From NCBI GenBank assembly GCA_034530875.2, contig JAVRCJ020000007.1, positions 216,827-280,826 of the forward strand: 64,000 nucleotides of DNA, written 5' to 3'. The DNA is from Nostoc sp. DedSLP01. GTDB taxonomy: Bacteria > Cyanobacteriota > Cyanobacteriia > Cyanobacteriales > Nostocaceae. The notes under the pieces are model-generated. The model was given only the letters and a program-made list of their open reading frames with translations. It made no database searches and was not told where the DNA came from. Below are positions 62,601 to 64,000 of the stretch, in pieces. The translations under genes were made by a program, and so were the position numbers. Within the stretch, counting starts at the first letter, position 1, and each line of letters starts with the position of its first letter.

Positions 62601-64000
62601 CCATTTTTGTTGGTGAAGTTGAGGGTGTCTTCAGTAGAGACGAAACCACTGCTAATGCTGACAGTGGCACTAACTAAGTTGAGCGAGTCATCGGTGAGGA
62701 TGATGCCTGGGTCAATGGCTGTAGTGGCGTTTTCGCTGTATGCCGCAGCAGAGTTGGTAACACTAGCAATGGGGGCATCATTGACTGCCGTAATATTTAT
62801 ATTGCGAGTCACAGCAGTACTATTAGCATCCCCATTATTGACGACAAAGCTGATGGTACGAGTTATGAGAGTGGGGTTGTCGCTGCTGTTGGCATAAGTA
62901 ATCGATTGCAGTGCGGTTTGATAATTCGCAATTGTGGCAGTGCCGATTAGGGTTAAGACACCTGTGCCGCGGTTGTAGCTGCCAGTAATTCCATTTTGGT
63001 TGGTGAAGTTGAGGATGTCTTCACTATATTTGAAACCACTGCTAATGCTGACGGTGGCACCAGATAGGTTGAGTGAGTCTACATTACTTAAGATGATGCC
63101 TGAGTCGATGGCTGTAGTGGTGTTTTCAATGTATTCCACAACAGAGTTAGTAGAAATAGCAACAGGCGGATCGTTGACTGCCTTAATATCAATATTGCGG
63201 GTAACGGGGGTACTATCGGCAATCCCATCATTGATGACAAAGCTGATAGTACGAGTTGTGATACTGGGGTTGTTGCTGCTGTTGGTATAAGTAATCGAAC
63301 GTAGTGCGGCTTGATAATCAGCAACGGTGGCAGTGCCAGTTAAGGTTAAGACCCCTGTGCTACTGCTGTAGCTGCCAGTAATTCCATTTTGGTTGGTGAA
63401 GTTGAGGATGTCTTCATTAGAGACGAAACCATTGGTAATTCTGACGCTAGCACCAAAGAGGTTGGGCAAATCTACATCGCTGAGAATGATACCTGAGTCG
63501 ATGGCTGTAGTGGCGTTCTCAGTGTAGGCTAAGGCAGAGTTGGTGGCAACAACAACAAGCGGATCGTTGACTGCCGTAACATTAATATTGCGAGTAACGG
63601 CAGTACTATTGGCAGTGCCATCATTGACGATAAAGCTGATGCTACGAGGTGTGGTAGTGGGGTTCTCACTGCTATTGTTATAAGTAATCGAACGCAGTGC
63701 GGTTTGATAATTCGCAACTGTGGCAGTGCCTGTTAAGGTTAAAACACCTGTGCTGCTGTTGTAGTTGCCAATAATTCCATTTTGGTTGGTGAACTTAAGG
63801 ATGTCTTCACTAGAAACGAAACCACTGCTAATGCTGACGGTGGCACTAACTAGGTTGGCGGAGTCTACATCACTGAGGATAATGCCTGAGTCGATGGCTG
63901 TAGTGGCGTTCTCAGTGTATGTTAAGGGAGAGTTGGTAGCAGTAGCAACAGGCGCATCATTGACTGGCGTAATATTAATATTGCGGGTAACGGCGTTACT
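59633..64000 (-). CDS. Giant RTX adhesin-like surface protein (5' end outside window): ~130-aa tandem Ig/cadherin-like repeats, dystroglycan-type cadherin domain, RTX Ca-binding nonapeptides, T1SS-type C-terminus
   Basis: Frame reads on upstream of the 63469 TTG ([19 protein letters not shown]); repeats ~390-396 nt; LPAWLTF motif; GGSGNDSLD repeats. Confidence 0.9.
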   Translation of the reverse strand, partial: SNAVTRNINITPVNDAPVATATNSPLTYTENATTAIDSGIILSDVDSANLVSATVSISSGFVSSEDILKFTNQNGIIGNYNSSTGVLTLTGTATVANYQTALRSITYNNSSENPTTTPRSISFIVNDGTANSTAVTRNINVTAVNDPLVVVATNSALAYTENATTAIDSGIILSDVDLPNLFGASVRITNGFVSNEDILNFTNQNGITGSYSSSTGVLTLTGTATVADYQAALRSITYTNSSNNPSITTRTISFVINDGIADSTPVTRNIDIKAVNDPPVAISTNSVVEYIENTTTAIDSGIILSNVDSLNLSGATVSISSGFKYSEDILNFTNQNGITGSYNRGTGVLTLIGTATIANYQTALQSITYANSSDNPTLITRTISFVVNNGDANSTAVTRNINITAVNDAPIASVTNSAAAYSENATTAIDPGIILTDDSLNLVSATVSISSGFVSTEDTLNFTNKNGISSSYNSSTGVLTLTGNASVAEYQTALRSITYTNSSDNPSTATRTISFVVNDGVANSITATRNLNITAINDAPIATVTKSALAYTTKNAATAIDSGIILSDVDSANLASATVKIASGFVSTQDTLNFTNQNGISSSYNSSTGVLTLTGTATVADYQTALRSVTYSNSSDNPSSVSRTISFVVNDGVANSTAVTRNLNTTPVNNPPIATVNSSAVAYSENATTAIDSGIILTDADSPYLFGATISITSGFVSSEDILKFTNQNGISSSYNSSTGVLTLTGTATVADYQTALRSITYTNSSDNPTITPRQVSFVVNDGIANSIAAIRNINLTAVNDVPVAIATSSGLVYTENTTTVIDSAISLSDLDSANLSSATVSITNGFVSGQDIIAFSNQNGITGSYTSSTGVLKLTGTATVADYQTALQSITYTNNSNNPSTATRSFSFVVNDGTAYSIAAIRNINITAVNDDPVVANPIADQIAPIDNTFRFALPANTFTDVDVKGNLTYSATLENGDPLPAWLTFNGTTFSGTPANNNVDRLNIKVIASDGIATVSDVFVLVVKRLNVINGTDGANNLTGTENEDLISGFGGNDNLKGLGDNDTLNGSSGDDSLDGGTGDDILVGGVNNDTYIVDSIGDTIIEDFNAGQDLVVSSVSWVLGANLENLTLIATESINGTGNSLNNVISGNIGNNTLKGENGNDSLDGGSGNDSLDGGSGNDSLDGGSGNDSLDGGSGNDALNGGDDRDILDGGSGNDSLDGGSGNDTLNGGDDNDYLNGGFDNDALNGGSGNDTLNGGDDDDYLSGGDDRDILDSGSGSDTLDGGSGNDTLNSGSGSDTLNGGDDDDYLNGGSGNDTLNGGNGNDTLLGDAGDDVLTGGIGRDFLTGGTGRDSLYLTDTRTGGYDTITDFTVGDDTIFISKAEFALTQSQDTTLDSGLFRLGTSATTAGDRFIYDRTTGNLFFDEDGVGGAAQVQIAQFSNQVMLASTNITAIA
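59940..60550 (-). repeat. 27-nt tandem repeats encoding RTX nonapeptides
   Basis: ccagaaccaccatctaagctgtcatt(g/a) units. Confidence 0.9.

Overview
Chromosomal DNA of a filamentous cyanobacterium, probably Nostocales. This is inferred from abundant HIP1 GCGATCGC octamers, heptamer STRR repeats and the xisH/xisI, Uma2, chlH, ycf34 and labA genes. The core backbone is chlH, an SpkB-like kinase, an FHA protein, recA, xseA/xseB, spp, ruvA, bioF, a 15-kb signalling cluster, ycf34, a CC-adding-type enzyme, leuA, labA, a CHASE2 kinase and a giant RTX adhesin cut by the window edge. Four accessory loci interrupt it. (i) 2.8-8.6 kb: an array of toxin-antitoxin, XisHI and Uma2 cassettes, with HIP1-anchored direct repeats and an unknown AT-rich two-gene operon. 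(ii) 18.4-20.8 kb: Uma2 plus a three-gene operon ending in an HNH nuclease. (iii) 22.2-27.9 kb: an insertion splitting xseA from xseB. It carries vapBC and an LRR-Roc-COR-TIR protein whose 14 near-identical 69-nt LRR repeats vary mostly at three ligand-face codons and usually end in a HIP1 core. (iv) 50.8-52.9 kb: a signal-peptide toxin gene with a CdiA-CT-like nuclease tip (frameshifted), followed by three paralogous Cys-rich putative immunity genes. A decayed spp copy still coupled to ruvA and many nested MITE/SDR elements are also present. No rRNA, tRNA, CRISPR array, transposase, integrase or reverse transcriptase was seen. All family calls come from motif recognition by eye; no searches were run.
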